Shown: positions 8,787 through 17,970 of the stretch, piece by piece
Layout of the letters: each line of letters begins with the position of its first letter
How positions within the stretch are numbered: the first letter of the stretch is position 1
Source: Pseudonocardiaceae bacterium
Lineage (GTDB): Bacteria > Actinomycetota > Actinomycetes > Mycobacteriales > Pseudonocardiaceae
Length of the DNA: 64,000 bases
Direction: 5' to 3'
Assembly: GCA_036491115.1 (NCBI GenBank)
Contig: DASXCQ010000089.1
Location: forward strand, 12,858 to 76,857
Position numbers and translations under genes: made by a program
Notes under the pieces: model-generated
What the model was told of the DNA's origin: nothing
What the model saw: only the letters and a program-made list of their open reading frames with translations
Databases searched by the model: none

Positions 8787-10220
8787 TCACCAACTGCCCT
8801 TGTGCTCCGGTACCAGGAACACCAGGGGCAGGCAGAGCAGGAGCAGGGCCGCGAACACGATGAACACGTACGCCTGGGCGGTGCCCGGATCCGCTGACCG
8901 CGCGATGACGGCCGTGGTGACGGACACCGCCGCGATCGACCCGGACTGCCGGAACATGCCGCGTAGTCCGGCGATCGCCGCCACCTGGTCGGGCGCGAGT
9001 TGCAGACTGGCGTTGTTGGACGCCGGAATGGACAGGCCCATGCCGCAGCCGGTGATGCCGGCGGCGATGGCCAGCCACAGGTACGGCGACACCTGCGGGG
9101 TGATGAACATCATCAGCAGCCCTGCCACGACGATGACGAACCCGAGGATCATCGGCAGCCGGTATCCGGTGCGGCGCAACGTCAACACAGCCAGTCCGGC
9201 GATACTGATCATGCCGACCGCGCGGGCGGTGAGCAGGGTGCCCGCACCCAGCGGCGCGATGTGGAACCGGTCCTCCGCGTAGAGCGGGACGAGTGCCGCG
9301 AAGCCGATCGCGCCCGCGCCGGACATCACGTTGATCAGGTTCATCACGCCGAAACCCTTGCCGCGCAACAGCCGGTAGGGCACGAACGGTGCGTCGTCGT
9401 ACTTCGAGTGCCGGACGAACAACACCATCAGCAGCAGCGCGACGAGCTCGCAGCCGATGAACACCGGGCTGTACAGCGGGATCTGACCGCTGCCCAGGTA
9501 GGTGATGCCGAACATGGCGGCCAGGATCAGCCCGCCGAGCAGCGCGATACCGCGCAGGTCGATCCGGCTGCGCACCCGGCGCGAGTTGCCCGGCACGAAC
9601 TTCGCGGCCAGCAGGATCAGCACGATGCCGATCGGCACGTTCACCAGGAAGATGCCGCGCCACGACCAGGTCGCGACGAACACGCCGCCGATGATCGGGC
9701 CGACGATGCCGCCGATCGGGAAGATGCTGGTGAACATGCCCAGCGCGCGGTCGCGGTCGCGGCCGAAGTGGTCGGACACGATGCCGGTGGCCGACGGCAT
9801 GAACGCGCCGCCGCCGATCGCCTGCACCGCGCGCAACGCCACCAGCACGTAGATGTTGGTGGCCAGGCCGCAGGCCAGCGACGCGACGGTGAACACGGCC
9901 GCCGAGATCAGGTACACGTTCTTGCGGCCGTACATGTCGCTGATCTTGCCGGCGAACGGCATGGCCAGGACCTGGCCGAGTGCGTAGATCGTGATCGTCC
10001 AGCCGCTCCAGTTGATGGCGGCGTGCAACTCGCCCTCGATGGCCGGCAGCGCGGTCGCCACAATGGTCTGGTCGACGGAGCTCATGAACAGGCCAAGCGA
10101 CACGATGGCGAAGATCAGCTTGCGGCGGGCCAACGGTTCGGCCGGCGCACTCGCGGGGTTCTCCCTCGGCGCGCCCGGCCTGACTCGCAGCGCACTGGCC
10201 GCGTTCTGGGCTTCGTCCAC
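8787..10220 (-). CDS. MFS transporter, DHA2 (EmrB/QacA-like) drug:H+ antiporter family
   Basis: Multiple TM helices. LAMPFAGKISDMYGRK (motif A-like). GTG start at 10220. The 667-aa version in the track overlaps the MarR gene antisense. Confidence 0.85.
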   Translation of the reverse strand: MDEAQNAASALRVRPGAPRENPASAPAEPLARRKLIFAIVSLGLFMSSVDQTIVATALPAIEGELHAAINWSGWTITIYALGQVLAMPFAGKISDMYGRKNVYLISAAVFTVASLACGLATNIYVLVALRAVQAIGGGAFMPSATGIVSDHFGRDRDRALGMFTSIFPIGGIVGPIIGGVFVATWSWRGIFLVNVPIGIVLILLAAKFVPGNSRRVRSRIDLRGIALLGGLILAAMFGITYLGSGQIPLYSPVFIGCELVALLLMVLFVRHSKYDDAPFVPYRLLRGKGFGVMNLINVMSGAGAIGFAALVPLYAEDRFHIAPLGAGTLLTARAVGMISIAGLAVLTLRRTGYRLPMILGFVIVVAGLLMMFITPQVSPYLWLAIAAGITGCGMGLSIPASNNASLQLAPDQVAAIAGLRGMFRQSGSIAAVSVTTAVIARSADPGTAQAYVFIVFAALLLLCLPLVFLVPEHKGSW

Positions 10221-10236
10221 GTTCTGTAATACTAGA

Positions 10237-10252
10237 TGCTTGCCAGCAAGCA
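10237..10252. promoter_or_regulatory. Perfect 7-2-7 inverted repeat TGCTTGC-CA-GCAAGCA in the MFS/MarR divergent intergenic region (candidate MarR operator)
   Basis: Read directly from the sequence. It sits 17 nt from the MFS start and 21 nt from the MarR ATG. Confidence 0.45.
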
Positions 10253-10272
10253 AGCAACTCGCCGGAGGTGTG

Positions 10273-10734
10273 ATGGACGTCGAACTCGTGGCGCGCCTGC
10301 GGGGTGTGATCAGCAGGCTCGCCCGGCAGCTCAACGCCTCCGCCACCGGCGAGGGCCTGACGCCGACCCAGTACTCGGTGCTCGGTCTGATCCGCTGGCG
10401 CGGCCCGCTCGGGCTGGCCGAACTGACCGAGCTGGAGGGCGTCAACCCCACGATGCTGTCGCGCATCGTGCGCAAACTGGACGAACTGGGCCTGATCCAG
10501 CGCCTGCCCGATCCCAACGACCTGCGGGCGGTCCGGGTGCGCATCACGCCCGCCGGTGACGAACTGCACGGCCGCATCCGCACCCTGCGCTCCGGCGTTC
10601 TCGCCGACTGGATCCAACGCCTCCCCCAGGACACCCAGGACACCCTGCTGGCCGCGGTCCCCGCCATGGAGGCGCTGGCCGACGTGGTCGGCCCGGCCGG
10701 CCGCCCGACCAGGTCGCCGAGCGCTCCCAACTGA
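10273..10734 (+). CDS. MarR-family transcriptional regulator
   Basis: LTPTQYSVLGLIRWRGPLGLAELTELEGVNPTMLSRIVRKLDELGLIQR. GGAGG SD before the ATG at 10273. Confidence 0.85.
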   Translation: MDVELVARLRGVISRLARQLNASATGEGLTPTQYSVLGLIRWRGPLGLAELTELEGVNPTMLSRIVRKLDELGLIQRLPDPNDLRAVRVRITPAGDELHGRIRTLRSGVLADWIQRLPQDTQDTLLAAVPAMEALADVVGPAGRPTRSPSAPN

Positions 10735-10811
10735 TTGCGGACCACCATCGGCCACGCCAGGTTCCTCCGCGCACCGCTTGCAGAGCGCAATCAGTTCGGG
10801 AGCTGCCATGA

Positions 10812-11020
10812 CACGCGCCACGAAGCTCGACCGCCGTCACAGCGGTGTGGCACGAGGGCCGGGTCTATCTCCACACCGGCGAGGGTGAGCAGAAGTACCT
10901 CAACCTGACGACCACCAGCACGTGCTCGTCCTGGTCGGCGACGGCCGGTGGGACGCCGGCATCGACGTCGCCGTGGAAGGCGTACGGCCCCGCCGAGGGT
11001 GACCCGTTCGGACAGACCGG
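10812..11020 (+). pseudogene. Remnant of a pyridoxamine-5'-phosphate-oxidase (PPOX/F420-type) family gene: N-terminally truncated and frameshifted
   Basis: The frame after the stop at 10809-10811 reads TAVTAVWHEGRVYLHTGEGEQKYLNL. The family pattern continues in another frame as HQHVLVLVGDGRWDAGIDVAVEG (stop at 11000-11002). No start codon or N-terminal third is present. Confidence 0.45.
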
Positions 11021-11482
11021 CTACGAGTTCTGGGCGGCCAGGACCGCGCGCACCCGGTCGCAGACCACCTCGACGTCGACCGGGTCCGGCTGCTCGCCCA
11101 GGCGGAACATCGCTGCTTGCAGGTCCGGCCCTCGGGTGCCGAACCGGTCCATGTCCGACCGGGTCACCGGCTGCACCACGAAATGGACATGGCCGGGCCG
11201 CCCCTTGGCATGCGACCACAGGCAGACGTAGACCTGCTCGGGCGTCATCACCTCGGTGACCGCAGCCGACACCCGGCGCAGCAGCGGACCCAGCTCGGCG
11301 GTCTCCCGCTCGTCCAGGTCGGCCACGTGCACCACGTGCCGGAACGGCTTGACGATGAGCGTCCCGGCGCCGAGCGGGCCGACCGTGTGCTCCACCAGCC
11401 AGTGTTCCGTCTCGCCCAGGCGACCGCCGGGCAGCGGGCGGGCGCCGCTGGTCAGGTCACAGGTCATGCACGCGGTCGTCAT
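11021..11482 (-). CDS. HIT-family protein (incomplete histidine triad GHVHFVV)
   Basis: WLVEHTVGPLGAGTLIVKPFRHV...RPGHVHFVVQP. Its ATG overlaps the upstream stop (ATGA at 11479-11482). Confidence 0.75.
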   Translation of the reverse strand: MTTACMTCDLTSGARPLPGGRLGETEHWLVEHTVGPLGAGTLIVKPFRHVVHVADLDERETAELGPLLRRVSAAVTEVMTPEQVYVCLWSHAKGRPGHVHFVVQPVTRSDMDRFGTRGPDLQAAMFRLGEQPDPVDVEVVCDRVRAVLAAQNS

Positions 11483-12315
11483 GCCAGCACCGCCGTTCCG
11501 GTGATGGACGGGCCCAGGCCGGGCACCGCCGCCGTCAGTGACACCTCGTCGCCATCGGCCGTGCCGGTCACCTCGACCGTCTCACCCGCGAACGTGGGCG
11601 CGAGCAGCCGGTAGTCGAAGGACGTGACCGCACGGTCCGGCCGGAATCGACGCGGGATCTCCAGCAACAGCAACGCCAGCAGCGGCCCGTGCACCACCAG
11701 ACCGGGATAGCCCTCGACCTGGGTGACGTACGCCTGGTCGTAGTGGATGCGGTGCGTGTTGTAGGTCAGCGCGCTGAACCGGAACAGGGTCATCTCGTCC
11801 GGGACGACCGAGAACCGCCAGTCGCCATCGGGCGGTTCACCGGTCGGCCGGCGCAGCGCCCTGGTCTGGCCCGGCGCCTGCGACCGGTAGACCACGTCCT
11901 GCTCCTCCACGGCCGCGACCGTCGCGCCCACCCGGAACTCGTGGCGCACCGTGACGAACGCCATTTCCCCGCTGCGACCCCGTTTTACCGTCACTGAGTC
12001 CAGTGTGGACGTTCGAGTGACCGGCTCGCCGATCGGCAGCGGTGCGTGGAGACGCAGCCGGCCGCCGGCGATCATCCTGCGGCGCTGCGGAATCGGCGGC
12101 AGGAACCGGCCATCGGCCGGATGGCCGTCCGGCCCCAGTTCGGACCGACTCGGGTGCTCGAGAAATCCGAGCCAGTGCCACAACGGCGGCAGCCCGGCAC
12201 ACTCCGGCTGGTCCAACAGCGCGGTCAACGCCGACACCGACCACCGGCTGATCCGGTCGGTCACCGTGTCCGGAGCCGGGGACCAGCCGGCGACGGCGTC
12301 GCCGAGACCGGTCAT
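11479..12315 (-). CDS. MaoC/HTD2-like hot-dog-fold (R)-hydratase family protein
   Basis: FSALTYNTHRIHYDQAYVTQVEGYPGLVVHGPLL. 278 aa. ATGA overlap with the upstream methyltransferase at 12312-12315. Confidence 0.8.
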   Translation of the reverse strand: MTGLGDAVAGWSPAPDTVTDRISRWSVSALTALLDQPECAGLPPLWHWLGFLEHPSRSELGPDGHPADGRFLPPIPQRRRMIAGGRLRLHAPLPIGEPVTRTSTLDSVTVKRGRSGEMAFVTVRHEFRVGATVAAVEEQDVVYRSQAPGQTRALRRPTGEPPDGDWRFSVVPDEMTLFRFSALTYNTHRIHYDQAYVTQVEGYPGLVVHGPLLALLLLEIPRRFRPDRAVTSFDYRLLAPTFAGETVEVTGTADGDEVSLTAAVPGLGPSITGTAVLA

Positions 12316-12983
12316 GCGCGCCGGAATTCGGCCCGCCAGCGGAGTGACGCACCGTCGATCTGGACGATCTCGACGGCGGTCAGACCGTCCGTGGCGAACG
12401 CGTCGACCTCCGCCCTGGTCAGCGGCCACGGCGGACCCTGCGGCGGCGGTGCGTCGTCCGGCTGGACGACCGCGATCAGCAGGAGCGTGCCGCCCGGCGC
12501 CACCAGGTCCTGTACGGCACGGGTGACCTGCCCGCGCAGCGTGACCGGCAGCGCCTGAGTGGTGTAGCTCTCCACCACCAGGTCGAACGACCGCTCCCAC
12601 CGGTCCGGCGGGTTCAGCACGTCCGCGACCTGGTAATGGACCGGCGAATCGGGGTAGCGGGACCGGACGACCTCGACCGCCGACTCGGCGATGTCGAACC
12701 CCGTCGTGGCGAAGCCGAGCCGGCCGAGGAACTCCGAGTCCCGGCCCAGACCACACCCCACGACGACCGCACGCCTGCCATCGCCGCGCAGCTGCCGCTG
12801 TGCGGCCCACTCGACGATCAACGTGTTCGCGTCCGTGAAGTCCCACGGCATCGACACGTCGCCCTGCCGGCCCGCCGAGTACAGGCGCTCGAACCAGGCC
12901 GTCGGCTCGCCCTGCGCGATCGCCTCGGCCGCGAACACGTCGGCCCGCCGCTCCCAGTCCGGTGAGTCCCTCACGGCGTTCAC
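12312..12983 (-). CDS. Class I SAM-dependent methyltransferase
   Basis: SAM motif I RAVVVGCGLGRDSEFL and post-I FDIAESAV. GTG at 12983 with SD GGGAGGG. GTGA overlap with the upstream stop. Confidence 0.8.
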   Translation of the reverse strand: MNAVRDSPDWERRADVFAAEAIAQGEPTAWFERLYSAGRQGDVSMPWDFTDANTLIVEWAAQRQLRGDGRRAVVVGCGLGRDSEFLGRLGFATTGFDIAESAVEVVRSRYPDSPVHYQVADVLNPPDRWERSFDLVVESYTTQALPVTLRGQVTRAVQDLVAPGGTLLLIAVVQPDDAPPPQGPPWPLTRAEVDAFATDGLTAVEIVQIDGASLRWRAEFRRA

Positions 12984-14230
12984 GCCCTCCCTCGGGCCAG
13001 GCCCAGGATGCGGTCGAGCACCCGGCCGCCGCTGGCCCGCAGCCCGTTGTGCTCGTACTCGTTGGTCACCCAGTAGCGCATGGTCGGGATCATCCTGGCC
13101 GTGACCAGGCCGAGGGCACAGTCCACATAGGCGTCCTCGGCGTACATCGCGGCGGCGCAGGGAACCTCGCACTCCCGGAGCGCGGTGTCGTCGTACAGGC
13201 GGGGCCACTCGTGCGCGGCGAGCAGTTCGGTGGCCTCGCGCAGCGGTGCGAAACCGCCGCAGTCCTCCAGCATCCACGGGAAGGCGTGCTCACCGGTGAG
13301 CAGCGTCGGGTCGGCGGCGTAGTCGTCCGGCCGGATGCGCTCCGCCGACCAGTTGGTCACGATGCCGTCGGCGTAGCACGCCTCCTGCAGCACGAAGTAG
13401 ATCGGGTTGCGGGTCGGGAACGGCATCGCCGCCTCGGCGTCGTGGGCGAAGGCGTAGGACAGCGGGTCGCGTTCCAGCAGGTGGTGCAGCCGTTCCGCGC
13501 CGTCGCTCATGCCCAGCACGTTGCCGATCTGACGGAACCGGCGCGACGTCAGGCGGTCACCGCCCGGCAGCGTGATCCGGCCGTCGCCGGCCAGTTCGGT
13601 GATCCGCGCCACGCGGTCCCGGTCGCCGGGGTAGCGGAGGTAGTAGCGGCGGTTGCGCTCCAGCATCGTCGGGTAGGTAGCGCGGTAGACGTCGTCGATG
13701 TGCACGCCCACCGGCGGCACTCCCCCGGTGAACAGCGCCTCGCGCAGGCCATCGGGCGCGATGGACAGGTAGGTCGCCACGCAGAACCCGCCGAACGACT
13801 GGCCCAGCACCGACCACCGGTCCACACCCAACTCGCGGCGGATCCACTCGGCGTCGCGCACGATCGAGTCCGCGCGAAAGTGCTTCAGGTAGTCGGCCTG
13901 CTGTTGCGGCGACATCCCCGGCAGTGCTTCGACCGGCGTGGACCGCCCGGTGCCGCGCTGGTCGAGCATCAGCACCCGGAAGTCGGTCAGCGCGCGGCGC
14001 AACCAGCCGGGCCCGAGCGGATCACCGGTCGGCCGGGGCGCCTCGAAACCCGGACCGCCGGTGAGGAACACCAGGTACGGCCGGTCGGTGCCGTCCGGAT
14101 CGGCGACCTCGCGGGCGAACACCGTGATGCGCTCGCCGGCCGGTCGCGCGTGATCCAGCGGCACCGCGAACTCGTGCTCGGTCAGGACAAGGCCGGGAAC
14201 CCGCGTGGTCAGCGACACGCCAGCGATCAT
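12980..14230 (-). CDS. Prolyl aminopeptidase-like alpha/beta hydrolase
   Basis: FLTGGPGFE, MLDQRGTGRS and the nucleophile elbow LGQSFGG. ATG at 14230 (416 aa). The upstream part of the 490-aa ORF is Arg-rich shadow. Confidence 0.85.
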   Translation of the reverse strand: MIAGVSLTTRVPGLVLTEHEFAVPLDHARPAGERITVFAREVADPDGTDRPYLVFLTGGPGFEAPRPTGDPLGPGWLRRALTDFRVLMLDQRGTGRSTPVEALPGMSPQQQADYLKHFRADSIVRDAEWIRRELGVDRWSVLGQSFGGFCVATYLSIAPDGLREALFTGGVPPVGVHIDDVYRATYPTMLERNRRYYLRYPGDRDRVARITELAGDGRITLPGGDRLTSRRFRQIGNVLGMSDGAERLHHLLERDPLSYAFAHDAEAAMPFPTRNPIYFVLQEACYADGIVTNWSAERIRPDDYAADPTLLTGEHAFPWMLEDCGGFAPLREATELLAAHEWPRLYDDTALRECEVPCAAAMYAEDAYVDCALGLVTARMIPTMRYWVTNEYEHNGLRASGGRVLDRILGLARGRA

Positions 14231-14282
14231 GCCACGACCCGGTGCCGACACACGCCCGAAATGCGCCGCCGCCGCCGGGCCG

Positions 14283-14639
14283 TCACCGGCCGGACCACGG
14301 AGCCGAGCCGAGCGGGAACGCCTCGTCCTCGGCCACCCGGAGCGCATCGCCGAGGCGCAGGCCGAACGCCGCGAACACCGTGATGAGCTGGTGCACGCTG
14401 GCCTCCCGGCGAGCCAGTTCCAGCCGGCACACCACGGACGGCGACAGCTCAAGGCGCATCGCGAGGTCGCTCAGGTACCAGCCCCGCTCGACTCTCGCGT
14501 CCCGCGCCTGGCGGCCGATCGAGGCCAACATCGCGGTGATCGTGGGATCGTCCACCGGTCGCTCGAACACATCCACCGTCCGTTCCGATTTCTTCGTCGG
14601 ACACGTCCGGCCGTCCTGGCCGGACGCATCCGCAGTCAT
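14283..14639 (-). CDS. XRE-family HTH transcriptional regulator (start could be the GTG at 14702)
   Basis: ITAMLASIGRQARDARVERGWYLSDLAMRLELSPSVVCRLELARREASVHQLITVFAAFG. Confidence 0.65.
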   Translation of the reverse strand: MTADASGQDGRTCPTKKSERTVDVFERPVDDPTITAMLASIGRQARDARVERGWYLSDLAMRLELSPSVVCRLELARREASVHQLITVFAAFGLRLGDALRVAEDEAFPLGSAPWSGR

Positions 14640-14780
14640 CGCCGCCGTGACACTGTCCGCACAGCCACCAGACGCAGCGCCTGCGGACCTTCGCCACTTC
14701 ACTCATGTCACTACGGTAAATGCGCTGGTCAGGACTACCCCAACGCAGTGTTGGGGCCCGATTCCGCGTATACTTGGCGC

Positions 14781-16015
14781 ATGCGTTTGGACGACGAGGC
14801 GACTGTCGGTGAGCGCATTGCCTACTACCGCAAGCGGCGCGGAATGACCCAGGAAGTGCTGTGCGGTCTCGTCGGTGGCCGGTCGACGGAATGGCTGCGC
14901 CAGATCGAGAACGGTAAGCGCGACGTGGACAAGTTGTCCACCATCGTCGCCGTGGCGAACGCGCTCAAGGTCAGTCCCTTGACGTTGCTGCCAGGACCGT
15001 TCCGGTCGAATCCGCGCCGAGGAACGTCGCTGGGTTCGGCGCCCGATGTCGTGCCGGACAGCGAGGCCGCGATGCTGCGCTACGACGGCATGGCCGGGTT
15101 CATCGGGGTACCGGACCGACCAATGGCGCGGTCCGACGACCTTCGGCGCCGAATGCGACACGCTTTCCTGTGTTCACAGACCGAACGCTGGTCGGAAATG
15201 GCTCCGTTCGTGCCGGACATGATCGCCGACGCAGCCTGGTACACAACGCGAACACCGATTCCGAGCGCCGAGAAGCCTACGACTTGCAGGCGCTCGTGTA
15301 CCGGGTCACCTCCGGGATGCTGGACCGGCTCGGCGAGCCTCATCTGCCGTGGGTGGCGGCAGAACGTTCGACGTTCGCCGCCGAACAGACCGGCGATCCA
15401 CTGCTGATCGGCGGTGGCGCGTGGCGGATGGCCGTCGTGCTCCGGCATGCCGGCCGGCTCACCGAGTCCACCGACGCCCCGATCACCGCCGCCGACGCGT
15501 TGCGTCCGCACCTGAACCGCCCGGAAGCCCATTCGGTGTACGGCTCTCTGATGCTCAAAGGCGCGGTCGGCGCGGCCACTCTCGGTGATCATCGGGCCAC
15601 GTGGGACTACTTCGACGAGGCAGCCCGCTCCGCGGACGCCGTCGGTGACCGCAACGACTACTGGTTCGCGTTCGGTCCGACGAACATCGCCATTCACCGG
15701 GTGTGGCTGGCTCTCGAACTGGGTGATCCGGCACGGGCGATCGACCAGGCCGAGCACGTGGCGGACGACCGGCTGCCACCGGAGTTGGCCGAACGCCGGA
15801 CATCTCACCTGATCGCCCTGGCCTGGGCGCACTACCTGCGACGCCACGACCGGGAAGCCCTCGACACGCTCACCACGGCGCGCGCGTCGGCCCCCGAACA
15901 ACTGATCTTCACCCGTCGGGTGCACTCCATGTCGCTGGGCATGCTCCGGCGGGAACGCCGGTCCATCCGACACGACCTGCGGGAGATGGCGGACTTCGTC
16001 GGCGTCACCGCCTGA
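14781..16015 (+). pseudogene. XRE-family HTH regulator with C-terminal helical (TPR-like) domain, split by a frameshift near 15200-15245
   Basis: Frame 0: MRLDDEATVGERIAYYRKRRGMTQEVLCGLVGGRSTEWLRQIENGKR...PFVPDMIADA. The continuation NANTDSERREAYDLQALVYRVTSGMLDRLGE...DLREMADFVGVTA is in the frame of ORF 15170..16015. Confidence 0.7.
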
Positions 16016-16016
16016 C

Positions 16017-16045
16017 GGCGTCGTGAGCACGAGGCTCACGACGCC
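16017..16045. terminator. Bidirectional stem-loop between convergent genes
   Basis: Perfect 12-bp stem GGCGTCGTGAGC / GCTCACGACGCC with a 5-nt loop. Confidence 0.6.
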
Positions 16046-16058
16046 TCGACGTGACCGG

Positions 16059-16895
16059 TCAGGCCAGTGGGGCCAGTGCTTCGGCGACCGGCGTGAGGAC
16101 GGCGGGGTCCAGGGGTACCGGCAGGATGATGATCGCCAGGTCGAGACCCTTTTCGCCGAGCGCGGCGGCCGTGTCGGCTGCCTTGCTGGGGCCGTCGCCG
16201 TCCAGGCGGACGTGGCTGGACAGGGTGATCTCCGCCGGGTCGCGGCCGATGTCGGCGCAGTGGGCGTGCAGGACGTCGCGCTTGTGGGCGAACTCGTCCG
16301 GTGTGCCGCCCGCGAAGTTCCAGTGCTGGGCGTACTTCGCCGTGGTGCGCAGGGTGCGCTTCTCACCGCCGCCGCCGATGCAGATCGGCGGGTGCGGCGC
16401 CTGCACCGGCTTCGGCTCGCAGCGGGCGTCCTTGAGCTGGTAGTACTTGCCGTCGAACGTGGTGGACTCCTGGGTGAGCAGGCCCACCAGCACCTCGCAC
16501 GCCTCCTCGAACCGGTCGCTGCGTTCGGCGGGCGTGCCCAGTTCCATGCCGTAGGCGCCGGACTCCTGTTCGTTCCAGCCGGCGCCGATGCCGATCTCCA
16601 GGCGGCCGCCGGAGATGATGTCCAGCGTGGCCGCCATGTTGGCCAGCAGCGCGGGATGCCGGTAGTGGATGCCGGACACCAGGTTGCCCAGCCGGACGCG
16701 TCGGGTGGCCTGGGCGAGCGCGGTCAGCGTGACCCACCCTTCCAGGCACGGGCCGTTGGAGTCGCCGCGGATCGGATAGAAGTGGTCGAAGGTCCAGCCG
16801 GACTCGTAGAGCTCGATCTGGTCGGCCTCCCGCCAGACCGCGAGCATGTCCGACCACGTCACGTGTTGGGGTGAAGTCTTGAAGGCGAAGCGCAT
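16059..16895 (-). CDS. LLM-class (luciferase-like) F420-dependent oxidoreductase
   Basis: GWTFDHFYP, GRLEIGIGAGWNEQE and HPPICIGGGGEKRTL. Confidence 0.85.
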   Translation of the reverse strand: MRFAFKTSPQHVTWSDMLAVWREADQIELYESGWTFDHFYPIRGDSNGPCLEGWVTLTALAQATRRVRLGNLVSGIHYRHPALLANMAATLDIISGGRLEIGIGAGWNEQESGAYGMELGTPAERSDRFEEACEVLVGLLTQESTTFDGKYYQLKDARCEPKPVQAPHPPICIGGGGEKRTLRTTAKYAQHWNFAGGTPDEFAHKRDVLHAHCADIGRDPAEITLSSHVRLDGDGPSKAADTAAALGEKGLDLAIIILPVPLDPAVLTPVAEALAPLA

Positions 16896-17151
16896 GCGTT
16901 GATCGTAGAACCGTCGCGGGGTGTGACCAGGGCCGTCACCATCGGCCGACTGCGCCCGTCCTCAGTGAACGCCGCGTAATCGTCCACACTGGACGACGCT
17001 TGACGCGCGGTTGCCCGCTGGTGCCACCGGAGTAACGTGGGTTGGGCGGTTGAGCGCAGAGCCGTTTGGGGACGTGCGCCTTGGGAGGCACGCCCACAGC
17101 CGACAAAACCCCACCTGCACAGCCGATCGGCCTGGCACGGCGGGTGATTGG

Positions 17152-17931
17152 ATGGCCGTGACACAACGCGCCCACGAGTACCAGGAGCTGGCGCCGCTGT
17201 TCCGCCAGCTGGTCGACACCACCGCGTCGGAGACGCAGCGCAGGACGATCCGTGACCGCCTGGTCACCGAGCATCTGCCGGTGGCCGAACACATCGCCCG
17301 CCGGTTCCGCAATCGAGGCCAGCCGACCGAGGACCTGACCCAGGTGGCGACGGTGGGCCTGATCAACGCCGTGGACCGGTTCGACCCGGACCGGGGCACC
17401 GACTTCCTGTCGTTCGCCGTGCCCACCATCACCGGCGAGGTGCGCCGCTACTTCCGCGACGCGACCTGGGCGATCCGGGTGCCTCGGCGGCTGAAGGAAC
17501 TGCACGCGTCGGTCATCGCGGCATCCGCCTCGCTGGGCCAGCGCCTGGGCCGCTCGCCGCGACCCAGTGAACTGGCCGATGAGCTGGACATCCCGGTCAA
17601 CGAGGTGCACGAGGCGTTGCAGGTCGGTTACGCCTACCGGGGCGAGTCACTGGACGACAGTGCCGGCGACGACGGCACCGGCTCGTCGACCGATGCCAGG
17701 ATCGGTGTCACCGACCGTGACCTGACCGCCGTGGAGGACCGGGAGACGCTGGACCCCGCGCTGGCCCAGTTGCCGGAGCGGGAGGCGTCGATCGTGCGCA
17801 TGCGGTTCTTCGGGAACCTGACGCAGACCCAGATCGCCGACCGGATCGGCGTGTCGCAGATGCACGTGTCGCGGTTGCTGGCCGCGAGTATCACCCGTTT
17901 GCGGGCGTCCATTGTGGATGACGAGGTCTGA
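17152..17931 (+). CDS. Group-3 sigma factor, SigB/SigF/SigG-like
   Basis: DLTQVATVGLINAVDRFDPDRG, ITGEVRRYFRD and QTQIADRIGVSQMHVSRLL. ATG at 17152. Confidence 0.85.
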   Translation: MAVTQRAHEYQELAPLFRQLVDTTASETQRRTIRDRLVTEHLPVAEHIARRFRNRGQPTEDLTQVATVGLINAVDRFDPDRGTDFLSFAVPTITGEVRRYFRDATWAIRVPRRLKELHASVIAASASLGQRLGRSPRPSELADELDIPVNEVHEALQVGYAYRGESLDDSAGDDGTGSSTDARIGVTDRDLTAVEDRETLDPALAQLPEREASIVRMRFFGNLTQTQIADRIGVSQMHVSRLLAASITRLRASIVDDEV

Positions 17932-17970
17932 GCGGGTGGCAGGACTGGCGGCAGCGGTCACAATGGGCAG

